A DNA stretch of 63,917 nucleotides, filler included, from Octopus bimaculoides (GCF_001194135.2; 6 parts of 5 records of this genome joined end to end with filler, not necessarily neighbours in it), one strand, 5' to 3'; numbered from the whole stretch's first letter, positions 37,226 to 51,275 are shown. Notes: generated from the sequence alone by a model not told the origin. Made by a program: numbers and translations.

Positions 37226-40200
37226 NNNNNNNNNNNNNNNNNNNNNNNNNNNNNNNNNNNNNNNNNNNNNNNNNNNNNNNNNNNNNNNNNNNNNNNNNNN
37301 NNNNNNNNNNNNNNNNNNNNNNNNNTATATATATATATATACATACATATATACACACACAAACACACACACACACACGTAAGTATTAATAAACACAGAT
37401 ATATATTCATACGTATATAGTTTGATAGATAGCTATTTTAATACTTTACTTTCTAAAACAATTTTTGGATTTCGCGTCAGTAAAATATTCCCAAATAATT
37501 TCTATTCACTAGACAAGTAAATGATATCGTTTTCAAACTACAACGTTTTATTATTTTTTTTATTCTTTATTAACAGAATTTATTTTCGTTTTTAACTTAA
37601 AATTGCCTGTCGGTATATTGATCCTGGCATTGCTGTCATCCTTCACAAACGTTCATAATACTTTCAAGTTGAATATAGTATCATCTTTCCCTAGGTAAAA
37701 TACACAGAGCCACTAACCATAGTTTCGATAGACAGGCTCATCTCGAACGAAACTTTTTAACATTGATTTCTTCCGAAATATTCTGAAACTACATTAAATC
37801 CTTGAACAATATGAATTTCTGCAAGCCTTTTTCCGAAGTGTTTTTAGCAAATATTATTATAAATTTTTGTTAGCGTCACAACATTTTATCTGCTCTTACA
37901 CAAACAGAAACATTGATATATTGAGGTTAATGGAATCACTAGACAAAACACCTATACTAAAACGAAATGGAACACTTAAGTGTGCGCACTTCAGAATTAC
38001 ACTCAACTCGCTTTTACAAACATTCATAGCGATATATATATATATATGCATACAAAGATACGTACACAAAAACACGCCTATACTATATCCATATATATAT
38101 ATATATATATATTATGTGTTTATATGGTTCTATTCTTAGTGAAATGAATTAGATGGAAAAGTATGTGTTATTGCACTCGATACGAAAACTAAAATTCTAT
38201 CTTATAATATTCCTTCTTACGTAAATGAAGTGACTAAAATTGAATAAGAAAGTGTATACAGAAATATACTGTCCGAAGCATAAGCATTTAAAGTAGCTCG
38301 ATAAAAAATTTTAAAAAAACCTCATTATGGTATTCAGAACTGTATATCATCAATTTTTTTAAAATATAGAATATAATGTATAGGTGTGGAGAGTTGGCAA
38401 CTAAAACCAAAATATATTTTAATGCAATGAGTATAGAGAGAATAGTAGAAGACCGAAATTCGGAAAAGGTTAATGTATCTTCTTGAAAATAAAACAAAAA
38501 CCTATAATAGATATATTACTTTGCATTCTACATTTCTTGTTCAGCAATTCCGTAATTGTAGATCGAAAGTGGGGATTCAAGGACTCAATGACATGTCGCT
38601 AACCACTACCTAGAGTAGTTTAATGCAACGTAGCTGGATACCAGTGTCTGTTTATGAGTTTTTCGAAATCATATTGTTACTTTTGTGCAAAGAAAAGATT
38701 GAAAATAGAATGTGGTGAATGTAACAGTCTGCTGGTATAACAACGTTGAAAGGAGGAAGTGTATTGCCTGAGACTCCTGCAGAAGTGTTCGAGATAGCTG
38801 GAAGCAAGAGAGTGCAAGTTGATCTTGAAAATGACATCTTAATGTTTACAACAAAGAGTAGTCTATAGTTATCAATCCTGACAGATGGGAGTTACAACCT
38901 GGTCAACTGATCATATGTTCCAATGTGAAAATTTGAACACAGATTACAAAAAGCTGGAACAAAACTCTTGCAATATGGTAACAGTTTTATCAATTCACCG
39001 GCCTTCATTAGTGTTAGATTTATCAACCCCTGAACGAGGTAATCCAAAACTATCTTATGCAGGGAAGGCTATCAAAAAGTGAAAATCTGTAGTGTGGTTT
39101 CCTTGACGATCAAATGCAACACTTGTTTTTCAAATCTTCGCACTAATCTCATTCAGTTGTTAAAACCTGTATGTTATCCTCTTCATTTAATTTCGATCAA
39201 GTAAGCAGTTTGTAGTAAACGTCAGTTGAAATTTGAATGATTTGTTTACACCTGTATACTTTACACATGCAAGCACACACAAAGCTCGTGCTAGATGGGT
39301 AGCCTTTACGTGATCAGAAGGAATGGTATAAATAGAAGACAATTACGTTAATATCACAGAAGGTTTTATTAAAAAGAGGCTCTTATTAAGGAATTAATTT
39401 TCAGAATAATATTGCCTGATAAAATAAGGTAATGTTCACGATGTTCACGACGGGAATGGTTTTGGAACTAAACAATAAAAACCACATAGAAAGATAGAAA
39501 TATCAATAGAGGTTGTATACATCGATATCATGTTCAGAATCATGTGTAGAATACAGCGAAAATTTATTGTTGTAGCGACACCCTGTATAGGAATAATGGT
39601 ATAGCTAACGAAGTTTATGACAATTCGATTTAATATTTAAATATATAAATATTCAATTTACTTTTTTTTACATAATTGCTCTATTTTTGCAGTGATGCTG
39701 TGTTTCAAAGTTGCTAATACAAAATGATTCCATTGCCGATCCAATTTTAATTCTTTTTCATTCGGAATAGTATTATCCTGTTATCAACTAACAATTTCCT
39801 ACCTGGGTTTGTGTCGTACTCTCTATTTTAAAGTAAAATCAAGCTTCCGTGCTCTAAATTCAGCGGAGGAAATGTTTTCTATTGTTTTCATGCTTACAAC
39901 TTCGTGCTTATATAGAGATTATAATTGGTGGATGTTACAATATTTTCTAACTGTAAGTCGATATTATGCATATTAGAGAAATAATTAAATGTCAGAATCA
40001 TAATTGTGTTTCTAAGTTGCTTATCGGCTCTGCGACCTGCAGATTCACCGTTGCAATATTGACTCAAAACAGCTCATTTACTAAACTGAAATATAAACTT
40101 CACCACGCATATTACTCTACACTATTTGCATGAAGATGGAGGCTATTGAGTAGTCTCTCCAAATTCATATCTTCCCGGATGCAGTTCATTATATCGTGTG

Positions 40201-40648
40201 AACACGTAAATAGCACTTAGCAACGAATGTTCTACTTTCGATGATGATTGTGAAGATATGTTGTTTCTGATTTATGCAGCTCACAAATCCAAACATGCTC
40301 CGTTGCAATAATGTAAGATATAAAACCAGAACAATTCCTATGGCGTGTTTTATCAATTATCGGTTGATTGAGATATTCCATGATATAACAGATTCGCCTT
40401 AAACTGCATTTTTCACGAATTATAAAATTAGTAGTGCCATAGATATAAACGACTGGGTAACCTATGATCTGCATAGTACAATGACTGTAAATGAAACTAG
40501 TAAATAATAATAATATTTTTTTTAGAATCCATGTGCAAATCAGTTTTTCTTTCTCCACCAGCGCCTGTATATCATATAGAACGAACTAAATAAGTAGACA
40601 TTTTCCAATTTATTTTAAATAGAAGCTTTCACACAAACGATAAAATAT

Positions 40649-40848
40649 ATTCTTTTCTACTCTAGTCACAACGCCCGAAATCTTGGAGGAGGGGGCCAGT
40701 CGATTAGATCGACCCACTACGCAGCTGGTAATTAATTTACCGACCGCGAAAGGGTGAAAAGTATAGTCGACCTCGGCGAAATTTGATCTCAGAACGTAGC
40801 GACAGACGAAATACCCCTAAGCACTTCGCCCGCCATGCTAACGTTTCT
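40649..40848 (-). mobile_element. SINE family B, near full length
   Basis: Tail ATTCTTTTCTACTCTAG through GTCGACCTCGGCG.AATTTGA.CTCAGAACG to head GCTAACGTTTCT. Confidence 0.85.
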
Positions 40849-40992
40849 TTGCCCACAAGGGGCTAAACATAGAGCAGACAAAAGAGGGGACAAACAAGGA
40901 GAGACAAAGGGATTAAGTCGATTAATTCAACCTCAGTGCGTAACTGGTATATAATTTATCGACCCCGAAAGGATAAAAGGCAAAGTTGAACC
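40849..40992 (-). mobile_element. SINE family B (second subfamily), 3' body
   Basis: GCCCACAAGGGGCTAAACA…GGGATTAAGTCGATT…ATCGACCCCGAAAGGAT.AAAGGCAAAGT; same tail type as 42815-43025. Confidence 0.8.
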
Positions 40993-41565
40993 ACATCCAC
41001 TTTGGCCACACGCTTGCCGCAGTACGAAGGCAGGAGCACCCATTCTTCTGACGTTATTGCCTCTGTGGAGTGCTTTATTGCTTCCTCCTCCGTTTTGAAG
41101 CGCATCTCCACAGTGGCGTATCTCCTCCCTCTCGTAACGTATGTTGTAACTCTTTTCATTTCCTTAATACATTCCTGTATGGCTACTATCGGAGCAATCC
41201 CTATTTTCCTCGTTGTTGTCTTCATTGTTTTAAATGTTACCGTTCTTTTTAACACGTTGGCCGATAGCTCTTCCGGTGGCGTTAGCTTCAGTATGTTACC
41301 TTCCTTCGTGATTAAGTTTTCGCTCTCCTTCATCTTTCTGGGCTCCACTTTTATTTCTCGTACCTCCATCTCTTGCTCGTCTACTTCTTTGCTCGTTGCG
41401 GCCGCATAACTGGGGCCGGCCTCCGGCGCCTTCTCCATTTTCCCACAATGGGAAACAAAACAACAATTAACGAATCAACAACGGCAACAATTAAATAACA
41501 CTTCAATGAACAATAGCAACAATTCAATAAACAGTTCAACATAAAGCCACGAATTAACTTCACAG
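40993..41565 (-). mobile_element. L1/Tx1-like LINE 5' UTR plus intact ORF1 N-terminus, 3'-truncated
   Basis: Uninterrupted frame from ATG 41438 (MEKAPEAGPSYAAATS…WVLLPSYCGKRVAKV), homologous to the ORF1s at 8.5-9.0 kb and 57.7-58.4 kb. Confidence 0.75.
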
Positions 41566-41613
41566 CTAAGCAATTCGCCCGGCGTGCTAACGTCTCTGCT
41601 AGCTCGCCGCCTT
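41566..41613 (-). mobile_element. SINE family B head
   Basis: GCTAAGCA.TTCGCCCGGCGTGCTAACGT.TCTGC.AGCTCGCCGCCTT is the reverse complement of the family B head. Confidence 0.85.
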
Positions 41614-42449
41614 ATACGATCACATATATTGTTATGCTTCCAGTTATGTATGGGTTTTCTTACATTTCTGGGTTCGAATTACAACGGTATTAAGTTTGCA
41701 GTTTAAAAATCATACTGAGAATCTATAATTCGCTGCAGCATATGTCTACCTCTCTACTTTAAAAATTATCATAACTAGTCCAAATAACATATTTTCCAAA
41801 TCATATCCGGAACAAAGTAATCTCCATTAACGGATACACAGACAAAATTATTCAAGAAAAATTTATATATGGGAATATTTTTATGTAAAACATAATTAAT
41901 TGTGTTCTTTCCGTTTTTCTTTAAAAACTAAAGCATTTTGTTTGATTTCGTTTTGAGGTTTTATTTCGTACATGTAATTGAATCATATTTCTACATCCGA
42001 CTGCATAAGAAATTAGGACACAATATATTCTTAGCGACAACTCAATCGTGTATAATGGACAGCTGATTTAAATTTAAGAAGAATAGATTCTGTGAGAGGC
42101 TAATCTTCAGTGCAACGTTTTGGCAGAAATACAGTACATCGGTGCCAAGACAGAAAATTAATATGGTAGTACAGTAAAAGTGAAAATTAGGCAATCATAT
42201 ACAGACAAGAAAACATGCACACTAACACATATTTTTTTCTCTTCGTTCTCTCTCTCACTCATTCTCTTTCCACATATGTATGTATGTAAGTATGTATGTA
42301 TGTATCTATTGACTGTGCACTGTTTCATGTGATATGTGCACGCACAAGGGGAACTGTTCATGCCTGCTATTTCGCATGTGACTATGCTTGCAAACACACA
42401 TGTATTTACACAGATGTGAATATATATGTATATATGCGAGTGTGTGTCC

Positions 42450-42483
<34 letters not shown>

Positions 42484-42599
42484 TGTGTGTGGCGTGATAC
42501 AAACACAAATATACATTAACAGAGAGACTGAGATACTTTTATATTTGAGAGTGATAAGCGGATTTACGTGCTATAATAATTATTACAACTATGAACATA

Positions 42600-43255
42600 A
42601 AGCATGAAATTTTGGGGTAGGATGCCTGTGGATTACATCAACCACAGAGTTCTACTTGTACAAATTTGACATTCATCCTTTCAGGGTAGACCAAAATCAA
42701 ATTTGACATTGGTACTATTTGAAGGTAAAGACGGTCAGAATTTACCCAAGGATTTTGCCCGGCATGCGAGCGATTCCCTTAGTCCGCCCTCTTACTATAG
42801 TCTAGTAATAAATATTTATTTCTTTATTGCGCACAAACAAGGACAGACAAAGGGATTAAGTCGATTGCCTCGACCCCAGTGCCTAACTGGTACTTATTTA
42901 AGCAAACCCCGAAATACGGAAGGCAAATTCAACCTCGGTGGTATTTGAACTCAGAACGTAATGACAGTCGAAATGCCGCTAAGCATTTCTTCCAGCGTGC
43001 TAACGAGTCTGCCAGTTCGTTCCCTTTCTATAATCTAATATTCCTTTGTACTATAGGCGCAAAGCCTGAAAATTGTGGGGAAGGGACTAGTCGATTACAT
43101 CGACCCCAGTTCGTAACTGGTGCTTAATTTTTCGATCCCGAAAAGGTGAAAGGTAAAGTCGACCTCGGCGGAAATTGAACTCAGAACGTAGCGATGAGCG
43201 AAACATCGCTAAGCATTTCGCCCAGCTTGCTAACGATTCTGCCAGCTCACCTCCT
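42600..43255 (-). mobile_element. Three head-to-tail SINE family B copies
   Basis: Copies at ~42600-42790 (old), ~42811-43025 and ~43041-43255, each with a B-box region and head; they differ in tail type and divergence. Confidence 0.85.
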
Positions 43256-43681
43256 TTCTATAGTCTAATAATATATATTGAAATAGAAGACTTTTGAACA
43301 TTTAAATTATTAGGCTTTGCATATACATCTCCAGACATTAAAATATATTTTACACAAATTAGGAAAGCATGTAACTAGGTTCTAGCAAAGAAATCATATA
43401 CAATTCATAGCATTAGTAAACTTACCCCATACAATGTTAGCAGTGATTTCAATGTATGATTTGTGTGCAGAGATTTTAGTACTTATGGCGGTTTGGTGGG
43501 GTTAATCAATTCATTATAAATGAGCATCTGTGTGAATTGAATCTCGTGTACTTTCATTAAAGTGTTTTTTTTTGGTTGGCTGGGAAATTCGTGAAAAGGA
43601 AAATGCATGCTTTGATGTGACAGCGTAATCATTTGTACATTTACGGAACTTAAGTTAATTATACGGTATACGTATATATAT

Positions 43682-43722
<41 letters not shown>

Positions 43723-44329
43723 TAATATGTATGTATGTGTGCTCCTCTGTGTGTGTGTGTATTTTTTGTTGAGTATGTGTGCTTCAGCACGAAAACAAAT
43801 TCTTTACAGGAAACGGACATTTTTGCGTCTTTTTAAATCGGTAAACTGCAAAAAATTATTAGCAGCACATAAATATTTATAGTAATTTATCTTGAAAACT
43901 TCCTATATAACGAATTGAATCGTGGCACACATCACTTAGAGTTGAAGAATCTGATTTAAAGTAATTTTATGCATGTTTATTCACTGAATATATAGACATT
44001 TTTCTCTCTCCAACATATTATTCGAAGGGAAAATTATTTCTATCTATCCATATATGAGACTGCGGATTGTACAATATCCCATGCATTAGTGAACAAAACA
44101 TAACATGTCATGTCGCCTTTGATACTGAGTTCAACTGGGAAACCATTTCCCCTATACTATTATTTATTATTCTTATTTGGTGGGGGAGGGTAAACTTTTA
44201 CACCCAAATATTAGATTTATCTTAATTCATTATCTCTATTAACGCTGTGTCCAAGGATGGCCATCAACCAGTGAAGAATGTAGCATGAAGAAGTAATCGA
44301 AAAACAACGAGGACAATTTCCATTTAACA

Positions 44330-44618
44330 GTCAGATAAAGACCCCCTTCCTCGGGAAATAGCCATGTGATTGTACGCAGAAAATTACTCTCCTAGGCGTG
44401 AGAGTTTTAATGGAGCACCATCCATCCCTCAAGCATACTAGTCTCCCCTCTCCATGTTATCCAAGGAGAAGGCAACGGCTGATACAACTTGGGGCCAGTG
44501 CCGTCGCAACTCAATACTACAGCTGAATGAATTGGAGCAACGTGAAATAAAGTGTCTTACCCAAGAAAACAACACACAACCTGGTCCAGGAATCGAACTC
44601 ACTACCTCATGATGGGCA
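44330..44618 (-). mobile_element. SINE family D (tRNA-derived)
   Basis: Minus strand GAGTTCGATTCC B box (44589-44600), then TGTTGTTTTCTTGGGTAAGACACTTTATTTCACGTTGCTCC; distinct 3' part. Confidence 0.7.
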
Positions 44619-45254
44619 CCCGACGATCTCCCTCGGATAATTTTTCATACTCATATTTTGAGTTATTTCAATCTGTGCAGTATTGTGGCATGTCTGTTTT
44701 AGCTTTTCCCCAGATAATATTACGGGAGAAATACCAGAAATATTCTTAAGAAAAATAAGTTAGTGGATAGACGTCATTTCGGACAAGTTTCTATAACGGA
44801 CACCTGCGCTTTTATGCAAGTTTCCAAAACACTGGGGTTGTATCTAAAGGTATTCGACATCATTAAATTAACATTTAATGATGAGGTATACCACATGCTA
44901 TGCACGAATCAGGAAATGCAATAATTTGTGTACTTGCAGTGATAAAATGAAATTAAAATACACTTCAAGATGTATATTTTTGATATCCATATTGTTAGGC
45001 GCTCATTTACAATGTAAAACATCTCTCTGATCAGAAATTTTGAATTCATTAAACTCTATTTTTTCATGTACGCTCGACACATATTTCTATATTTGTTAAG
45101 CTCTAAGATACATGTTCAGATTAACGTTAAAACAATTGCTTAATTCTTTCAAATCTCGGATAACATTTGATTTAATAAAAAGGAATTCAGAATGTAAAAG
45201 AAACTTTTAAACATGCCTAGGTGACTGGCTGATCATTCTTTGTCAAAACTATTG

Positions 45255-45460
45255 GTTTTAGATTTTGGCACAAGGTCAGTCATTTCAGAGCAGGGGTTAG
45301 GTTGATATCGAATTCAACGCTCAAGTCGTACATATGTATATACACTAAAATGCAAAGTCGATGTCAGCGTTATTTGAACTCGCAAAGTAACGACTGACAA
45401 GAATTTTACGCTAAGAATTTTACGTGACGTGCTTACGATTCTTCCTGTTCACATACTTCC
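45255..45460 (-). mobile_element. SINE family B, old degraded copy
   Basis: TTTTGGCACAAGG…GCAAAGTCGA…ATTTGAACTC…GCTAAG…GTGCT.ACGATTCT. Confidence 0.6.
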
Positions 45461-46862
45461 ATAAAAATATATATTGCACATACAGCACTATTACTAATCA
45501 TATTGGTTTAAATATAAATTTTGTAAATTACAGCGAACAATTTAAATCAGTTTTCTGTCGAGATGAGATTCAAGCAGGAGGAAGAGCGATTTAAGTGCTA
45601 AACATGAATGGATTGGAAATCAAACTTTCCGTTTCATAATTTTTATCCACTCCTCTGAATCAAAAATAGTATCGTTACAAACAGCAGAATGGTTTTCAAG
45701 ATCATTATGTTATAAAACGAAGCAACGAATATTTTTGAATAATTCCGACAGCTTTTAGTGTTCATCCAAGCGGACAAATATCTCCGTTTAAAAGTAAACC
45801 AAATAAATTAGTTCGCCATGGTAAGTAACTCGTAGCGTGAAAGCATTTAGCAATCGATAACTATAATCCCAGCAAGTTTCGAACTATAACATGGCATAAA
45901 ATATATCGGTTCCAAAGTAAAAGACATCTGTAAGGGATATAAACTCAACAATGTTTTAAGAATAGGCTTTCAAATACAAGTCTGCGAGTACGTGCATGGA
46001 TGTATGTAAGTGTATGTGTGTATGTGTGCATCGCAATTTTTTAGCCTGTATCATCCTTTATAGTTTACGCTTCCAAGAAATATTGTTTATGTTACCAATA
46101 TAAAAGAAATTACGAATTGCAATGCAATTTGAAGTGCATGCACTTGCAACAGTATAAATAGGGAAGATTTTGTACATTGGATATATATTGTGAGTGGAAG
46201 GAGCAAGGTTAGAATATGAATAAGAAAGTAATTCTCTGAATATAGGTTTGTGAAATGAGTTTACGAAGAATCATATTAATAAATGATTCGAGAGAATATT
46301 CGCTTGCATGCTATTTCAATTCTCATTTCAAAGTCAATATGATATTAAAAAGCGATGGTATTTTCGCAGCGGTGAAATCAAATACTCTACACAATGACTT
46401 TCGACATTCCATATATTTTGTCGTGATCATATATATTGTATAATCTTTAAACATGCACAATGATTTAGCATATGGAATACGTTGAGCTATTGTTTCCGGT
46501 TGAATGTTTACCTTATTGAAATCCTCCAATATTTACTGGAAAGCTGAATCTTAAATGCTCCATAAAGATTTTCCGTTTGAATCATTGAAAGGTCTTTAGA
46601 TTTCAATCGAAGGTTAACAGTTAATGTGCAGCTTCGAAACAGCTATATATATATATATATATNNNNNNNNNNNNNNNNNNNNNNNNNNNNNNNNNNNNNN
46701 NNNNNNNNNNNNNNNNNNNNNNNNNNNNNNNNNNNNNNNNNNNNNNNNNNNNNNNNNNNNNNNNNNNNNNNNNNNNNNNNNNNNNNNNNNNNNNNNNNNN
46801 NNNNNNNNNNNNNNNNNNNNNNNNNNNNNNNNNNNNNNNNNNNNNNNNNNNNNNNNNNNNNN

Positions 46863-46917
<55 letters not shown>

Positions 46918-47744
46918 GTGTATGTGTGTATGTATGTATACATATATCCTTTCTTGGCGAGAAATACGTACGTTTAGAAAACGTAAACAGAGAAATGTGA
47001 AGCATAAAATCACCCCCCAGATATACTGGAGTTAAGTAAAAACCAACGCTTTAAACAGTGCTATGGTCTATCTGATAGAAATCTTCAAAAGGAAATATTT
47101 TCCGGAAATTTCATTTTTTTATACGATTCGAAACTACTTTCAGTTCTTAGTTGCAGCAATAAGGAAAGTAGAAAAGAGAAGATAAAATGTACATAGTGAA
47201 ACAAATCAGCCTACATACAAACAAACACAATCTGCTTCGATTTCACCTCTTTTTGAATCTCGATAATTTTGATGAATGTAAGGAAAAAATCGAAACTATA
47301 TATGCAACTAAATATAATGCGCAAATCAAACATACCGTTTAAAATTAATCTTGATATAGGAATGATGGTTGCTGCAGTTGGCAGTCTTTTATGCTGTCAG
47401 TGATTAACGCTTTTTTGCATTTGGTTTCACTATGAAAATACTTTTATTCTACAGCTTCTCATTGTATGTCTTTTCTTTTCCTCTTTTCCACAGATTTTGT
47501 TTGAAAATGGTGTGCAGTTATTAATGGTGTTATATCTGGTATCAACTGATATTCAAATTTAAAGTACTTTCTTATCAGATGTTTCTTATTAAATGTCTTT
47601 CTATCGCTTTTGAAGTATACTTGCCAATACGCCAATATATTTTTGCATAAATAAAAGCACGTGCATTCGCACAAACACATACATAGCGACACATGTATAC
47701 ACAGCATACCTATATATGTATGTATGTGTGTATGTGCGTTTATA

Positions 47745-47779
<35 letters not shown>

Positions 47780-49029
47780 NNNNNNNNNNNNNNNNNNNNN
47801 NNNNNNNNNNNNNNNNNNNNNNNNNNNNNNNNNNNNNNNNNNNNNNNNNNNNNNNNNNNNNNNNNNNNNNNNNNNNNNNNNNNNNNNNNNNNNNNNNNNN
47901 NNNNNNNNNNNNNNNNNNNNNNNNNNNNNNNNNNNNNNNNNNNNNNNNNNNNNNNNNNNNNNNNNNNNNNNNNNNNNNNNNNNNNNNNNNNNATATGTAA
48001 ATATATGCACACACATTTATATATATATATATATATATATATTTTTAAAGAGAGTGCAAAGGAAGCTTGATAGATATTTTGCGTTCATCTTATACTTTTC
48101 TATTCCTTTCCTTCTGTGTCTTTGTCTTTGTATACGGGCTTCTGTGCGGGTGTTAGGAGTACCGGCATACGAGTGTGTAAGTATGGTTAGGCAGTTATTG
48201 TATCGCTAAATGTACGCGTGAAGATGATTAAATATTAATATCTTACATTTCGCTTTGGTTTAATGGCTAAGATATAATTTGATCATCTATTATTCTCCTT
48301 TCTTTAGCGTAAGTAATTTAGCTTTTGCCGAGCCTGGAGGCATCTCCGTTCTTTGTACGTCAAATGTGTGCGATCATTCTTCATATATCTGCGGAGATCA
48401 GCTTGAGTGCGATATAGAAATTATTGTTGGAATTGGATACGTGTATTGTGTCTTTAGTCTGCTTAAATATTTGACCTATATAACGTGCTAAGCCTAAGAA
48501 TATATAACGTTATTTCAATGTATTTCGTTTAATAATGAACCGGTATACTTGAAAAATCGAGTATGATAGGATTAGAAATTTGTATAAGCTAAGAAGCAAA
48601 GTTAAACGGTGGATAGATTGAAAACAGATATGATATGAAAATACTGGAATATTTCTGATGCTGAGCAGAATATCTAGGGAAAAATAAAGACATACATAAC
48701 AGCACATACAAGCAAAATTAATATAAAACATGTGAAAACGTTTTATCGCAGAAATTAATGCTCATTTATTTTAGTGTTATATCCTGCGCCCTTTCTGGAC
48801 ATGTGGCCTTTGGCCAAGTTGACGAAGAACTCATAAAAACTGATAAAAATCTTGGGATTCCAATAGAAAACAATTTAAATTAGCAAAATTACTGCTGTCA
48901 AATGATCTACAAAGCACACTAGACGACCTGCATCATTACAATATGTAATGACATTGGCACCGAAAATCAATTTATTTACAAATTTCAAAAACTACACTAT
49001 ATGCTATTGTAATCAAAGTTAAATATTCC

Positions 49030-49620
49030 AATCAGTATGTCTTGGAAATAGGCGGTCCCTGTAAGATGCTCTGGTGCAAAATTCTGCGAATTTCCAGAGG
49101 TAATATGGGATGATCGTTGATCTACTATAGCTGATGTCTCCTACGCTATGAAGACCTTTCACATCGGTCGTTTCCATGATCGTTGTAGCATCTTAGAGTG
49201 AATAAGTGGGTGTTAAGTGTGCTGTTGTACCTCGCCTCCGATTGTAGTAGTCTAACTCACATCTAGCGTTGAAGCAGCACTATAATCAGTCCAGCTTGTT
49301 CAAATAATATCAGACCGGCCTGCGGCCAGCCACCAGTGTAGGTAACAAAGCTCCACAACAGCATTATGAGATGTGTTGCTTTAGACATTGTGACTCTTAA
49401 CCAAATGTTTCTATCATCCTCAATACACGTTTTTCCTACCCAAAATTACGTGCCGAATGGGCAACCGTAAATAATGTCATTCTCTGTTCCATCTTTTCAA
49501 AATGCTTCAATATCTTCGCTACAAATTGAGACACCTTCAATTCATGACTGCATGACATTTTGACTTCAACAGGAATTAATTCATTGGTTAGCTCATCAAT
49601 TTTCTGCAATTAAAGACCGG
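49030..49620 (-). mobile_element. Possible degraded Tc1-like transposase
   Basis: Minus-strand VAKILKHFEK…RVLRMIE loosely resembles a Tc1 N-terminal HTH region; weak. Confidence 0.3.
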
Positions 49621-50389
49621 GTGGAAGTGGAAGAATATCTCTGTTACTTGTGAATTGAGAAACGCCTTTCTATTATAATTTAAGTGTTGTATTAACACTC
49701 TACGTTTCCTGAATGTATATTATTACCGCATTCTTTTCATGTTATTAATGATATCTATTTATTACGCTAATGATTATTGTCACTCGTTAGTATTGTTATT
49801 TCTTTCTTTCAGATTCACTGTCGGCTATTGTTGTGGGACAAATAATGTTCCTTTCAATTAAGAATTTCAATTCTCATTTAATGGCCTTTTCTGTCCACCG
49901 ATTTTAATTCATCTAAATAGATGAGGGCTCCACATGAGGCAGATATAATCCCTAACCAGAAATAGCTGAAGTACATTCAAATAGACATTCTACCTAGTTT
50001 CTTCATCCAACTATTTTTGAACAAAACCATTCATCAATAATTAAGGAGGAAGCAATGTGACGCCATTGCAATGATATGCACACAGAACTCAGCTCATGAT
50101 TGGACACTTCACATTAATCTGTATACGCCAATGGCATTGATTTATTGTTGTTTTTACACGGGTTTATGCAATGTAGTGGCATTCGAATACTTTCGTATGT
50201 CACATAAAGCATATGGAGGATTAGAAGATAACAAAACCAGACAAATCTAATGCAATCATTATAGCTTACGAATGTCTGAATATGTGAAAATCTGTTAAAG
50301 ACAGCACACCCAAAAGCAAGTGAATATTCATTCTGTTACGTCAGACGTGACAAACATTTAATGTCGATTTTTGCGTGCCCGTGGCCTGA

Positions 50390-51228
50390 TTATTATTATT
50401 TAAGCAACACAGAAGTATGTATGATTATGTCGAAGTAGTGCGCATTTTCCCACAGCAAAATCGCTGTCTATAGAAGGCTAGTGTGAAATTTCAACCATAC
50501 TACCCACTGCACAAACTGTGAGGTCGTTGGAGTGGCTGCAACTACTGATCCTACTGAGAAGATACTCCGTGCTTCCACAGATATCTTGGGACATTTCAGT
50601 GAATGGTCTGAACACTATTGAGAGGATGTAGGATAGCCTATAATTGTTGGAGATATTTGCTCCGCAAGCTGATCGGGTTGCGGGGTCATATAACAGGAAT
50701 TACATAGGGTTTATAACCTGTATCACGTAGGAACATCGTTGTTGAGTGCTTGAACATTGTTGTGCAGTCCGTTTCTTGGGTTCTAGTATGTGTGCATTGA
50801 GGAGGTTTTCCACTCTTTCATGTTCCTGTCGTGCAAATTTTGATATGCTACTGATGTGTTGTTGCATGGACTGGATATAGTTCCATGGGCTATATATTGA
50901 CACTCTGTCAGCTTTGTCCGTAGAAATGTTCTGTAGGCGTTTGTCAACAGATGAACTGAATTGGTGGGTCTTCTCCTCATTTTTCTTTCGTGATTTTGTT
51001 GTACCAGTCGAAGATATGTCGGAGTCTATTTCTAGCTAAGAAAATCTTTGCTTCCCAGTCAAACTATGGTGGGATACATACCCTTTGCTGAAGGGTAATT
51101 CTGTCGAGTAAATCCTCGTTTTGTAAATCCTCGTATGGTTTGTTGTTGGGATTATAGAAAACAGAGTGTAGAGTGCTACAGATGTTACTATCGGTGTGAG
51201 TGTTGTTACGGTTACTGGCATTGTTGTA
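50390..51228 (-). mobile_element. Degraded LINE ORF1-like sequence with decayed zinc knuckles
   Basis: Long, mostly open minus frame ending in Cys/His clusters (ICGSTEY…; VCAVGS…H; KCALLRH) resembling degenerate CCHC knuckles. Confidence 0.35.
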
Positions 51229-51238
51229 NNNNNNNNNN

Positions 51239-51275
<37 letters not shown>

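Noticed and set aside
38728-38868. Coding-like frame SAGITTLKGGSVLPETPAEVFEIAG…
   Set aside because: Weak acceptor, no good donor, and the opposite strand is equally open.
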